This document shows positions 55,333 through 64,000 of a DNA stretch of 64,000 bases, in pieces (position 1 is the stretch's first letter; the number at the start of each line of letters is the position of its first letter). A program made the translations under genes and the position numbers. Below the pieces are notes generated by a model. It was not told the origin of the DNA and did no database searches. It saw nothing but the letters and a program-made list of their open reading frames with translations. The stretch spans positions 94,134 through 158,133 of IMG/VR virus record IMGVR_UViG_2919367315_000003; one strand, written 5' to 3'. The DNA comes from a virus (Duplodnaviria > Heunggongvirae > Uroviricota > Caudoviricetes).

Positions 55333-55533
55333 TTGAATGAATTTGGATCTAAAATGAGAGATGAAGAATTCTTAGATATCTGGAGACGATTAAAAGAAAG
55401 ATCATCGTGGTGGTACATAGATGGTGAATTAGTTCATTGTAATAGTTTGGAATTAGAACGCATGCAGAAGGTAATCGAAGAGAAAAAACATAAAAAATCG
55501 ATGGGAACAATCAATGATGACATTGGAAAATAA
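55333..55533 (+). CDS. hypothetical protein
   Basis: ORF track (TTG start). Confidence 0.3.
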   Translation: MNEFGSKMRDEEFLDIWRRLKERSSWWYIDGELVHCNSLELERMQKVIEEKKHKKSMGTINDDIGK

Positions 55534-55639
55534 CCTTAAAGACATTTAGCTAATACATATTTCTGTAAAACACTTGTTTTATTTTATTTGATTGTCAGTT
55601 ACCTGCTATAATAAATTGAATTATTTGGGAGGGACTAAA

Positions 55640-56083
55640 ATGAGCCAAAAGCTTTTAGATGACTTAAGAAGTAAAATTAAAAGAGTTTTTAAAGAGATGT
55701 CAAAGCAACATCAGATTGACTGTGATTTAAAAGAGGAAACTTCTAGTGTGGGATATTTAATGTCGTACGACCCTAATACTAACACCATATTTTTTGATCC
55801 GACTTTTATTAGTAAAAACTTTTCAGCCGCTGGATTCAAAACTGATTTTCCAAATCTAAGCTTAAGAAACCTTGTTGCTATTTTACTTTCTCATGAACTT
55901 GGACACTACGAAGACTACAAAGTAAATCCTCATCTATTTAATGCAAATTCCTCAGAGGGGTTAAAAAGAGAGATTAACGCATGGGAAAAGGGGCGTAAAT
56001 ATTTATCCGATGAACTTGAAAAGGACTACTCAAAACTAAAAGATATTTCGTTAAAGCACTATCAAAGAGATGAGAAATTATAA
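55640..56083 (+). CDS. putative HExxH zinc metallopeptidase (HELGH)
   Basis: track 55592..56083 trimmed to ATG behind TGGGAGGGAC; HELGH motif. Confidence 0.45.
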   Translation: MSQKLLDDLRSKIKRVFKEMSKQHQIDCDLKEETSSVGYLMSYDPNTNTIFFDPTFISKNFSAAGFKTDFPNLSLRNLVAILLSHELGHYEDYKVNPHLFNANSSEGLKREINAWEKGRKYLSDELEKDYSKLKDISLKHYQRDEKL

Positions 56084-56122
56084 AGGAGGAGAAAGAAAAT
56101 CAAACAATTAGTAATCAGCGAT

Positions 56123-56833
56123 ATGCATGGGTGCTACGAAGAATTTAACAAATTACTAAAGAAAGCCAAATATGAACCTGAGCAGGATAAACTTATCCTG
56201 CTTGGCGATTATGTTGATCGAGGACAGAAAAGTAGACAGATGGTTGAGCAAGTAATACAACTTTGTAATGAATGGGGTGTGATTGCTCTTAAGGGGAACC
56301 ACGACGATATGTTTGTGTCTGCAATAAACAATGATACAGAAGAATTAGATGCTCAATGGTTGAATAATGGTGGATTTCAAACGGTAGAAAGTTATTGTGG
56401 AATAAGTTTTTTCGAAGAAGGATTTGAGTGGAACCAATACATAAAAGCAAAAGAGTTTATTCGGGAACATTATCAACACCACATTGATTTCTTAGGTCAA
56501 CTACCTTTATATTACGAAGATATGTCGCACATCTATGTTCATGCAGGTATCAATCCGTTTCATAAAGATTGGAAAAACACATCTGACTCAGAGTTTATTT
56601 GGATTAGAGAGCCTTTCTTTACTAATAAGACTGGACTAGATAAAACTGTTGTATTTGGTCATACTCCTTGCATTTATTTACATGATTCTGAGGATATTTG
56701 GTTCAGTCCAGATGAAGACAAAATAGGCATTGATGGAGCTTGTGCATACGGTCTACAGCTTAATGCACTTGAGATAAAAGAAGGTGGGACATATGGGGAA
56801 TATTTTGTTCGCAGAGGAACCAAAAATGAATAA
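56123..56833 (+). CDS. PP-family Ser/Thr phosphatase (metallophosphoesterase); true start probably upstream non-AUG (ATC 56099 or 56114)
   Basis: GDYVDRG, GNHD motifs; in-frame upstream IKQLVISD precedes first ATG and completes the GDxHG-type motif I. Confidence 0.65.
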   Translation: MHGCYEEFNKLLKKAKYEPEQDKLILLGDYVDRGQKSRQMVEQVIQLCNEWGVIALKGNHDDMFVSAINNDTEELDAQWLNNGGFQTVESYCGISFFEEGFEWNQYIKAKEFIREHYQHHIDFLGQLPLYYEDMSHIYVHAGINPFHKDWKNTSDSEFIWIREPFFTNKTGLDKTVVFGHTPCIYLHDSEDIWFSPDEDKIGIDGACAYGLQLNALEIKEGGTYGEYFVRRGTKNE

Positions 56834-57017
56834 AAAAGAAAAATTAAAATTTACTATGAATCTAATGTTTCTGCTTGGCTGCGTTGGTTTGGGTGCTGCT
56901 ATGTATGGAATGATTTACCCCAAGACAACAACCTTATGGTTTTGGTTTGGATTTTCAGGAGTTTGCTTTTTAGGCGCTATTGTAGATTATACAGACTACA
57001 GAAAAATAAAAAAGTAA
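56826..57017 (+). CDS. small two-TM membrane protein
   Basis: track 56784..57017 trimmed to ATG overlapping phosphatase stop (ATGA). Confidence 0.35.
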   Translation: MNKKEKLKFTMNLMFLLGCVGLGAAMYGMIYPKTTTLWFWFGFSGVCFLGAIVDYTDYRKIKK

Positions 57018-57049
57018 AACTCATATTTTATAAGGGAAGAGGTGTTTAG

Positions 57050-57322
57050 ATGAGTCTTCAGAAAGAAGTTCATTATTATGATCATGGTAATAAGAAATAT
57101 AAAATCATTCATAAGAATAAAACAACATATTGGGAAAGAGCTGGAGCCATTGTTGAGTTTAACGTAAACATAAAAATGAAAGTTTTTTGGGTATTCTACA
57201 AAACAGTATTTAATAAGGATTACCTTTTTCCAAATTTATCTGACAATAGGGTCGAACTTGCCAAATCTGAGTATTTTTACGGAGGATGTAAAGATGAAAA
57301 CAACACTCAATTTACTAACTGA
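57050..57322 (+). CDS. hypothetical protein
   Basis: ORF track; GGGAAGAGGTG RBS. Confidence 0.4.
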   Translation: MSLQKEVHYYDHGNKKYKIIHKNKTTYWERAGAIVEFNVNIKMKVFWVFYKTVFNKDYLFPNLSDNRVELAKSEYFYGGCKDENNTQFTN

Positions 57323-57464
57323 TAGCTACAACTCATATTCAACAGAAACAATTGATTTTGAATCTTACAGTGATTCTTCGGAAGTGAAAATAAGGTTGGG
57401 AGACAGAGTGGTTGGTCTTGATAAGCAAGAACTATTAAAGTCAATTGAAGCACTATGTAAGTAA
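57294..57464 (+). CDS. small hypothetical protein
   Basis: track 57258..57464 trimmed to ATG behind ACGGAGGATG. Confidence 0.3.
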   Translation: MKTTLNLLTDSYNSYSTETIDFESYSDSSEVKIRLGDRVVGLDKQELLKSIEALCK

Positions 57465-57484
57465 AAGATGCATTTTACGAGGAG

Positions 57485-57721
57485 ATGAAAGAAATGGCTT
57501 TTGACATTGAGAATTTTAAGAGTGAAACAAAGTTGAGAAACGACTTTATAGATGAGTTTAAGATGTGTGCATACAAAGATGAAGACGGACTCCCTAATGT
57601 TTACGTTGATAGAGTTTGGAGTACTATCGATAAATTGGATGAGAAATTGAAAGATAAAGTATTGTTTTGGTTTGTGACAGAGCATCTAACATTAATCAAT
57701 AAACAAAAAGGCAACTCGTAA
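57485..57721 (+). CDS. hypothetical protein
   Basis: ORF track; CGAGGAG RBS. Confidence 0.35.
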   Translation: MKEMAFDIENFKSETKLRNDFIDEFKMCAYKDEDGLPNVYVDRVWSTIDKLDEKLKDKVLFWFVTEHLTLINKQKGNS

Positions 57722-57743
57722 AATATGAAAAGGAGATATGACG

Positions 57744-57884
57744 ATGAAGATTGAACGCGAAGAAGTTATTTATACATATGAAACAGAAGAAGATGGCATT
57801 AATCACCAAAAACTGATGGAGTCACAAGGGTGGAAGATTAGAGACGTTCACCCTTATATATTAAAAATAACTTATGTTAAATAA
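57744..57884 (+). CDS. small hypothetical protein (46 aa)
   Basis: AAAAGGAGATATGACG RBS; manual. Confidence 0.25.
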   Translation: MKIEREEVIYTYETEEDGINHQKLMESQGWKIRDVHPYILKITYVK

Positions 57885-57908
57885 TTTGGTTTGAATCGGA
57901 GGTATAAA

Positions 57909-58058
57909 TTGATTCAAAAGTACATGGAGATCATGAATAACAAGAAAGATTCTAAACAAATAACAAATGAGCAATACGCAAAATACATAAGCAAGTTATG
58001 GCAATGGCAAATAAATAGTTCCACAGAATATTATCAAGCGGAGGATGATCATTTTTAA
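57909..58058 (+). CDS. small hypothetical protein (49 aa)
   Basis: ATCGGAGGTATAAA RBS before TTG; manual. Confidence 0.25.
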   Translation: MIQKYMEIMNNKKDSKQITNEQYAKYISKLWQWQINSSTEYYQAEDDHF

Positions 58059-58073
58059 TGATCGATAATACAC

Positions 58074-58535
58074 ATGAAATTCTTAAACCAAGATGATATT
58101 TTTGAGATTTTGAAGAAATCCCTAAAAAAACATTATTTCATATTTAAGAGTGAACCTGTAATAGAAATTGATGTAGATGTTATGGCGAGTAATTACAATT
58201 TTATTATCAGAAAATTAAATTTTAGTGGAAAGATTGTTTCATTTAAATTCAAAGGAGAAATATTCAAAAGAAAACTAACTTTAACAGAAATTAAGGGAAT
58301 GTTGGAATCAGAGCTTGGTGGGAAAGTAGATGTGGCAGCATACATAAATGAGATCGATCAAATTGAAGAAAATATGAACAGCTACAATATGAATACAGTT
58401 TTAGTGGCTACTGTTATCAAAGAAGAACCTGAGTTAAATAAAGAATGTATTATGACTTTAATCGATATGGCTACCGACATGAATGACAAAGAGTGGTTTG
58501 TGGAGCTAACAAATAGATATAATCAATTGCGATAA
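58074..58535 (+). CDS. hypothetical protein
   Basis: ORF track. Confidence 0.45.
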   Translation: MKFLNQDDIFEILKKSLKKHYFIFKSEPVIEIDVDVMASNYNFIIRKLNFSGKIVSFKFKGEIFKRKLTLTEIKGMLESELGGKVDVAAYINEIDQIEENMNSYNMNTVLVATVIKEEPELNKECIMTLIDMATDMNDKEWFVELTNRYNQLR

Positions 58536-58566
58536 AACATGAATTTGATTAGGAAAGGAGTATTGG

Positions 58567-58830
58567 ATGAAGGTCGATATCAGAAAGCCGCTGATTGAAG
58601 CAGGATCAATTGTTGAAATAGAAGGAAATTATTACATCGTAAATGAATTGCCGAGCTGTGTTTATTACGAAACAAGACCTCATTGGAGGTTTTACCTACA
58701 TAATTTAAATGGGACAGGATTTTATAATTATCCAGTAACAATAGAAGTACTGTCTCAAACTATACACAATGAAGGTTGGAAGGTCTATAGCAGTAAACAT
58801 TTTAAACTCATTATTGAAGATACTGATTGA
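58567..58830 (+). CDS. hypothetical protein
   Basis: ORF track (TTG start); AAAGGAGTATTGGA RBS. Confidence 0.4.
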   Translation: MKVDIRKPLIEAGSIVEIEGNYYIVNELPSCVYYETRPHWRFYLHNLNGTGFYNYPVTIEVLSQTIHNEGWKVYSSKHFKLIIEDTD

Positions 58831-58877
58831 TGAGCCTTAGCACAGTGACTGCATTTCATAAAATCTGATAAAGGGAG

Positions 58878-59288
58878 ATGTATATTGTGACTTTTAAAAA
58901 TGGACAGTGGACGTTTAACGATGTATCAGACGGAGTTTGGGGGATCGGTGAGTATTTTGATTTAAAAGAGCAAGCAATTGAAGCAGCAAAGGAATACTAT
59001 TCACCAGAAGATCAAAAAGAATTCTATGTTGGTCAAATTTGCGAAATTAGTAATAGCATTACCGTTGATTCTGAGGGAGTTTTGGATGATATTGCGTCAT
59101 CTATTTATGATGAAGTTGGTGAAGCAGCAGAAGACTACCTGAATTATGTGAAGCGAGAAGAATGGGAAATTTTAAATGAAAGGCTAACTCAAGTTGTTCG
59201 GGAGTGGATGAAGGAGTTCAGTTATGAGCCTTCGTTTTTTAGGATCGAAAATACAGAAAAATTCGAGATTGATGTGGATTTGGCTTAA
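58878..59288 (+). CDS. hypothetical acidic protein
   Basis: ORF track; AAAGGGAGATG RBS. Confidence 0.45.
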   Translation: MYIVTFKNGQWTFNDVSDGVWGIGEYFDLKEQAIEAAKEYYSPEDQKEFYVGQICEISNSITVDSEGVLDDIASSIYDEVGEAAEDYLNYVKREEWEILNERLTQVVREWMKEFSYEPSFFRIENTEKFEIDVDLA

Positions 59289-59378
59289 AAATCAAAATAG
59301 GATAATCAAAATGTCAATGTTTATAAGGGTTTTATGAATCATTAATCTACGTAAAATCCTGATTTTATAAGGAGATTA

Positions 59379-59774
59379 ATGATTATGTGTGCAGATTTAT
59401 TAGAGTACGAAATTCCTTTTGAAGACATAGATGTTGAAATGATCGAGATTATAAAGATACTGAATTTTAAGTGTAAAATCAAAACAAAATATTGTTGTTT
59501 CGGTCACAGAGATAAAGCAACTCTCTACATAATGTTTCACGAAGACATGAATGACTATCTAGAAGAATTAGCCACAAAGACAGCAGAAAAAATAGCAGGT
59601 GTAGATTTTTCATTTCATTTTTGGATTAGGAAAGGAACTAAAGGAGTTTTGAAAAATTGGAGTTGCAAGACTAATGGAGCAAAAACTAAGAGTGACAGGT
59701 GCAGAATACTAAAAGAGTTTGCAGAAGTCGTTAGTGAGTTTTATGTAGAAGGCGAGGTAACCAACAATAGATAA
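59379..59774 (+). CDS. hypothetical protein
   Basis: ORF track; TAAGGAGATTAATG RBS. Confidence 0.45.
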   Translation: MIMCADLLEYEIPFEDIDVEMIEIIKILNFKCKIKTKYCCFGHRDKATLYIMFHEDMNDYLEELATKTAEKIAGVDFSFHFWIRKGTKGVLKNWSCKTNGAKTKSDRCRILKEFAEVVSEFYVEGEVTNNR

Positions 59775-59790
59775 CTATGTAATTTATCAC

Positions 59791-62700
59791 TTGCATTCTG
59801 ATGATAGTAATCCATCGACATCAATGGCTGTGGATTCAGTTACTAAATTCAAACAATACATAGATGCAGCAGAGCAAGCACAGATGAGTACAATTTGTTT
59901 CTCAGAACATGGAAACGTGTTTAACTGGGTTAAAAAGAAACAATCAATTGAAGAAAAAGGTATGAAATATATCCATGCCAATGAAGTGTATCTAACTGAG
60001 CATAACGATAGAGAACGAGGATTAATTCGAGACAATTTCCATTACATGCTTATAGCCAGAAACTGGGACGGAGTTAAAGAGCTGAATCGATTAACCTCTA
60101 TATCTAACAATAAAGAAGATGGGCATTATTATTACAATCCAAGATTAACATTCGATGAGTTGTTTAATACTTCAGACAATATCATTATGACATCTGCATG
60201 TTTAGCTTCGCCACTATGGAGAGCAATAAAAAACGATAACAAACAGATGTACAACCGACTAATGGATTTCTTCATGAAAAACAAACATCGGATGTTCTTT
60301 GAAATTCAGTATCATACACATCCTGAACAAAAGTCGTTTAATCAGCACTTATACAACATTTCTAAAGAGACTGGAATTCCACTTATTGCTGGAACGGATA
60401 CACATGCACTCAATCAAGCTCATGCAGAAGCCAGAACCATTCTTATGAGAGCAAAGGGTGCTACATATGGAGATGAAGACACTTTTGATTTAACATTCAA
60501 AACTTATCCCGAATTAGTTAAAATGTTTGAGGAGCAAAATTCAATACCAAGAAGTGCTTACCTTGAAGCAATTCATAATACGAATGTTATGGCTAATATG
60601 ATTGAAGGATTTGAGATCGATTCATCTCCAAAATACCCAAAGCTTTATGATGATCCAGAAAAGGTTTTTAAAGAGAAGATAAATATAGGTGTAGTTGAAA
60701 GAGGGATAAATAAGTTCGAAGCAGAAAAGAAACGGCTTTATTTTAAAAGAATTAGAGAAGAGTTTGATACATATAAGAAAGTTGGAGCAATTGATTATAT
60801 GCTACTTCAAAAAGATGTGGTGGACTGGGCGCATAAAAATGAGATATATCAAGGATATGGACGTGGTTCCGTAAACGGCAGTTTGATTGCTTATCTTTTG
60901 AAGATCACAGAGATGGATAGTATTAAGCATAAGCTAAATTTCTTTCGCTTCCTGAATCCAGAGCGCATTTCATTAGCTGACATAGATTTGGACTGGCCTC
61001 CTTCAAAGAGACAAGATGTAATTGACTATGTATCAACTATTCCGGGTATTTACTTCTCTGAAATTATAACTTTTAATACGGTGGCTTTAAAAGGAGCAAT
61101 AAGAGAAGTTGGTAGGGCGCTCAATATGGATTTGTCAGTTGTAGATGGAATCGCAAAGGCTGTTTTTAAGAATGATGATAGGAAAGATGAGATCGATAAA
61201 CAATACCGTGAAAGCTATCCTGATTTATTTAAATATGTAGACTTGGTTCAAGGGGTTATTGTAAGTATAGGATCGCATCCGTCTGGATATGTAGTTTCAC
61301 CTATAAGTCTGCAAGATAATATAGGATTATGTTACACAAAAGAAAGTAAATATCCTGTGAGTCAGATTAATATGAAAGAGCTAGATAGCCTTAACTATGT
61401 CAAGCTTGATATTTTAGGTTTAGATAATATTGAAATCATCAATGAAACTTGTAAATTAGCGAATATTCCTCGTTTAGTCCCTGATAACATGAACGTAGAT
61501 GACGAAGAAGTTTGGAGTTCTATAAGAGAGTCAGGCTTAGGAGTCTTTCAATGGGAGTCAGCAAGTGCTGGAGCATATCTAAATGACTTGTTGAGTCCTG
61601 AAACAATAAAAAGAATAAAGGAGCAATACCCAAATTTTAGTTATATCCAATTGTTCTCAATTGGAAATGCAGCCATTCGTCCTTCTGGAGCTTCATACAG
61701 GAATGATTTATCGCAGGGGATATTTAAGGATCATGGATACGATGCATTAAACGCTCACCTGAAGAGTACACTTGGATATCTTATATTTCAAGAATCAATA
61801 ATGCAGTTCTTGGTTGACTTTTGTGACTTTACGATGCCTGAAAGCGATTCTGTTCGACGAGGGATGAGTAAAAAAGAGGGTACGGAAAAAGAGCTTCCAA
61901 AGATAAGAAAAAGGTTTATTGAGAAGCTAATGCGTGATTACAATGAGACCGAAGAAACAGCTACAGCCGTACTTGAACCATTTATTCAAGTTATCATAGA
62001 TGCTAAAGATTATGGCTTTTCTGACAATCACTCAAACCCATACTCTCATATCGGTTATGGTAATGGTTATTTGAGATATTATTATCCCTTGGCTTTTCTA
62101 ACTGTTATGTTGAACATAAATAGCGACAATATTGATAAGACAGGGCAAATCATTGCGTACGCGAAAACTAGAGGTATAGAAGTTTCACCGATTAAATTTG
62201 GCAAATCAAATGCAAATTATTCTTATAGCGAAAAAGACAACACTATATACAAAGGGTTAGAATCGATCAAGTTTCTGAATGCCAAAATTGCTTCAGAATT
62301 ATTGGAGTTAAGCCAAAATACATACATTAGTTTTGTAGATTTATTGGTGGACATAACTGAAAAAACTTCAGTAAATACAAGACAGTTGGATATATTGCTT
62401 AAACTAAACTTCTTTTCTGAGTATGGCAACAACGGTTTATTGATGGCTATATATAATGAATTTTCTATTGGTAAAAATCAATACAAAAAGACGTATGTTG
62501 AAAAAACTAAAAATAAGAGATTGGAAGAATTAAGACAAATAGAGTCAGAGCTAAGATCAAAAAATGAAATCAATGAGCTGTTACCAAATGAAATTGTCAT
62601 GTTCCAGAAAGAAATGTTAGGTTATTCTGATGCAATATATCCAAGCGTAAACGCAAGTTGGTGCGTTGTAACTGACTTGGACACTAAGTATTCTCCTAAA

Positions 62701-62940
62701 CTCACTTTATACAATCTCAGACGTGGAGAAGAGCGAATATTTAAGATGGACAAAAAAACTTTTAATACAAAAGATACTTCTTTGAAGATTAACAAAGGCG
62801 ACCTAATTGAAATAACTAATCATAAAAGGAAGACCAAACAAGTCCCTGATGGAAATGGTGGATTTAAGCCAACTGACCAGACAGATATATGGATTACTGG
62901 TTATTCAAAATATAGAGACAAGGAGCAATTACATGGATAA
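59791..62940 (+). CDS. DNA polymerase III alpha-subunit-like replicative polymerase (PHP domain + pol core; YorL-like); N-terminus probably extends upstream via non-canonical start
   Basis: 1049 aa; PHP N-terminal region with in-frame upstream YHLH preceding the TTG start; typical PolIIIalpha segments (GYGRGS..NGSLIAYLL, FLNPERISLADIDLD). Confidence 0.75.
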   Translation: MHSDDSNPSTSMAVDSVTKFKQYIDAAEQAQMSTICFSEHGNVFNWVKKKQSIEEKGMKYIHANEVYLTEHNDRERGLIRDNFHYMLIARNWDGVKELNRLTSISNNKEDGHYYYNPRLTFDELFNTSDNIIMTSACLASPLWRAIKNDNKQMYNRLMDFFMKNKHRMFFEIQYHTHPEQKSFNQHLYNISKETGIPLIAGTDTHALNQAHAEARTILMRAKGATYGDEDTFDLTFKTYPELVKMFEEQNSIPRSAYLEAIHNTNVMANMIEGFEIDSSPKYPKLYDDPEKVFKEKINIGVVERGINKFEAEKKRLYFKRIREEFDTYKKVGAIDYMLLQKDVVDWAHKNEIYQGYGRGSVNGSLIAYLLKITEMDSIKHKLNFFRFLNPERISLADIDLDWPPSKRQDVIDYVSTIPGIYFSEIITFNTVALKGAIREVGRALNMDLSVVDGIAKAVFKNDDRKDEIDKQYRESYPDLFKYVDLVQGVIVSIGSHPSGYVVSPISLQDNIGLCYTKESKYPVSQINMKELDSLNYVKLDILGLDNIEIINETCKLANIPRLVPDNMNVDDEEVWSSIRESGLGVFQWESASAGAYLNDLLSPETIKRIKEQYPNFSYIQLFSIGNAAIRPSGASYRNDLSQGIFKDHGYDALNAHLKSTLGYLIFQESIMQFLVDFCDFTMPESDSVRRGMSKKEGTEKELPKIRKRFIEKLMRDYNETEETATAVLEPFIQVIIDAKDYGFSDNHSNPYSHIGYGNGYLRYYYPLAFLTVMLNINSDNIDKTGQIIAYAKTRGIEVSPIKFGKSNANYSYSEKDNTIYKGLESIKFLNAKIASELLELSQNTYISFVDLLVDITEKTSVNTRQLDILLKLNFFSEYGNNGLLMAIYNEFSIGKNQYKKTYVEKTKNKRLEELRQIESELRSKNEINELLPNEIVMFQKEMLGYSDAIYPSVNASWCVVTDLDTKYSPKLTLYNLRRGEERIFKMDKKTFNTKDTSLKINKGDLIEITNHKRKTKQVPDGNGGFKPTDQTDIWITGYSKYRDKEQLHG

Positions 62941-63061
62941 CAAGATGAATAAGCAAAAGATCGAGTCTATTTTGAATCGACACCTTAGCGATGATGAATA
63001 TAAGGAGATCGTTTCTGTTGTTCTCAATAAACTTCTTAGGGAACATAGCAATGAAAAATAA
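62933..63061 (+). CDS. small hypothetical protein (42 aa)
   Basis: internal ATG of track ORF 62849..63061 overlapping polymerase stop. Confidence 0.25.
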   Translation: MDNKMNKQKIESILNRHLSDDEYKEIVSVVLNKLLREHSNEK

Positions 63062-63121
63062 TTTTGATAGGTTTGAAACTCCATACTATCAATATAGATT
63101 TCTGACGCACAAGATAAGGAG

Positions 63122-63277
63122 GTGAATGAGGTTTCAACTTGTGCAGGGTGTAATGAGACCATTTTGTATGGAGAAGAAATACTGATTTTGTTCGATGGTC
63201 TGAGCGTTCACGATGATTATGATTGTCTTAAGAAGGCCAATGGAGCAAAGAACATTGTAGCAGGAGAGGAATGGTAA
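63122..63277 (+). CDS. small Cys-containing protein (51 aa; CAGC ... DYDC)
   Basis: AAGGAGGTG RBS; manual. Confidence 0.25.
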   Translation: MNEVSTCAGCNETILYGEEILILFDGLSVHDDYDCLKKANGAKNIVAGEEW

Positions 63278-63278
63278 T

Positions 63279-63455
63279 TTGAATTTAGTTGGTCATAATA
63301 TTCAACTTGTTAAAGAATTGAAAATACATACATTAAAAAGACTTGAGATGTATAACAGATACGGTTTTATAAAAGAAGATAAGTACGAGGAGTTAGTAAA
63401 ACTAGAAATAGATTATTTAGATGATCGTTTGAAAATGATGGAGAGTTTACTATGA
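63279..63455 (+). CDS. small hypothetical protein (58 aa)
   Basis: GGAGAGGAATGG RBS before TTG; ATGA overlap with recU. Confidence 0.25.
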   Translation: MNLVGHNIQLVKELKIHTLKRLEMYNRYGFIKEDKYEELVKLEIDYLDDRLKMMESLL

Positions 63456-64000
63456 GTAAGAATGAAGGCAAGCTCTTTGAGGGAGACTTTCAAGCGTCTG
63501 CTGAATCAACTCAGAAGATATTTTTTACTAGAATTAAGGATACTTTTATTCCAGCAGAACTAAGAAACAGAATCAGGGTTACAAAAAATGATTATGACTG
63601 CATGATGTTTTCTGAGAGATATCTTTTCACTCTAGAGCTTAAATCCACAAAACAAAAATCAGTCAGTTTTGATGAGAGTGTAATTAAACAGCATCAGATT
63701 GACAAATTAAAAGAGGCTAGTGACTACAACAATGTTATTAGTGGTTTTATCATAAACTTTCGAGAGCCAGATAACAAAGTTTTCTTTGTACATATCAAGG
63801 ATTTTGTTAAGTATCAATTTATTGCTCAAAATCAGTTTAGTCACACATATAAGAGCAGAGTTAATAAAAGCAGCATACCCATAGGTATATGTGAAGAGAT
63901 AGGGTTAGAAATTAATGGATTTAAAAAAAGAAGCAAGTGGCATTACCACTTAAATGATTTTGTTAAATATGCAATAAATACATATGGCTCCAGCAAATAA
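63452..64000 (+). CDS. recU: Holliday junction resolvase RecU (PD-(D/E)xK nuclease)
   Basis: DYDCMMF...FTLELKSTK (D...E.K) core and RecU-like length/segments (KIFFTRIKD, QHQIDKLKE); stop at window end. Confidence 0.6.
   Translation: MSKNEGKLFEGDFQASAESTQKIFFTRIKDTFIPAELRNRIRVTKNDYDCMMFSERYLFTLELKSTKQKSVSFDESVIKQHQIDKLKEASDYNNVISGFIINFREPDNKVFFVHIKDFVKYQFIAQNQFSHTYKSRVNKSSIPIGICEEIGLEINGFKKRSKWHYHLNDFVKYAINTYGSSK

Noticed and set aside
1-64000. CRISPR array, integrase/attachment site, or transposase
   Set aside because: No regularly spaced direct repeats, no tyrosine or serine recombinase signature, and no IS-like terminal inverted repeats were seen in this window.

Overview
This window is an AT-rich, almost entirely plus-strand stretch of a large Bacillus/Firmicutes phage or prophage, with SPbeta-like gene content.

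- **Gene organisation:** dozens of tightly packed small ORFs with Gram-positive RBSs sit between recognisable modules.
- **Replication/recombination module:** SSB-like protein, Sak4/RecA-like ATPase, ATP-dependent DNA ligase, DnaB-like helicase, DnaG-like primase, RecJ-like DHH exonuclease, PolIII-alpha-like PHP polymerase, and RecU.
- **Nucleotide metabolism:** anaerobic RNR NrdD, class Ib RNR NrdI-NrdE-NrdF, ThyX, and a 5'(3')-deoxyribonucleotidase.
- **RNA genes:** one tRNA with a CAU anticodon and an encoded CCA.
- **Accessory proteins:** two PP-family metallophosphatases, an HExxH peptidase, an SPFH/band-7 protein, a macro-domain protein, a 3D-domain protein, an HNH-like protein, a minimal CPBP/Abi protein, and a Sipho_Gp157-like protein.
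- **Repeated signals:** two families of near-consensus sigma-A promoters recur across the window, and several clean intrinsic terminators are present.

The most notable feature is at the 5' end (about 590-2410). A consensus promoter drives an agr-like peptide signalling cassette: a six-TM AgrC-sensor-like membrane protein with no kinase domain, AgrB, a 40-aa AgrD-like propeptide, and a standalone LytTR DNA-binding protein with no receiver domain. This is a candidate novel phage-encoded quorum-sensing circuit.

Several further oddities are reported as findings, including catalytic motifs that lie upstream of the first canonical start codon, an A7 frameshift site, an inverted-repeat-flanked element downstream of a strong promoter, and NrdD without NrdG. 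Coordinates derived by hand rather than from the ORF track may be off by 1-2 nt.
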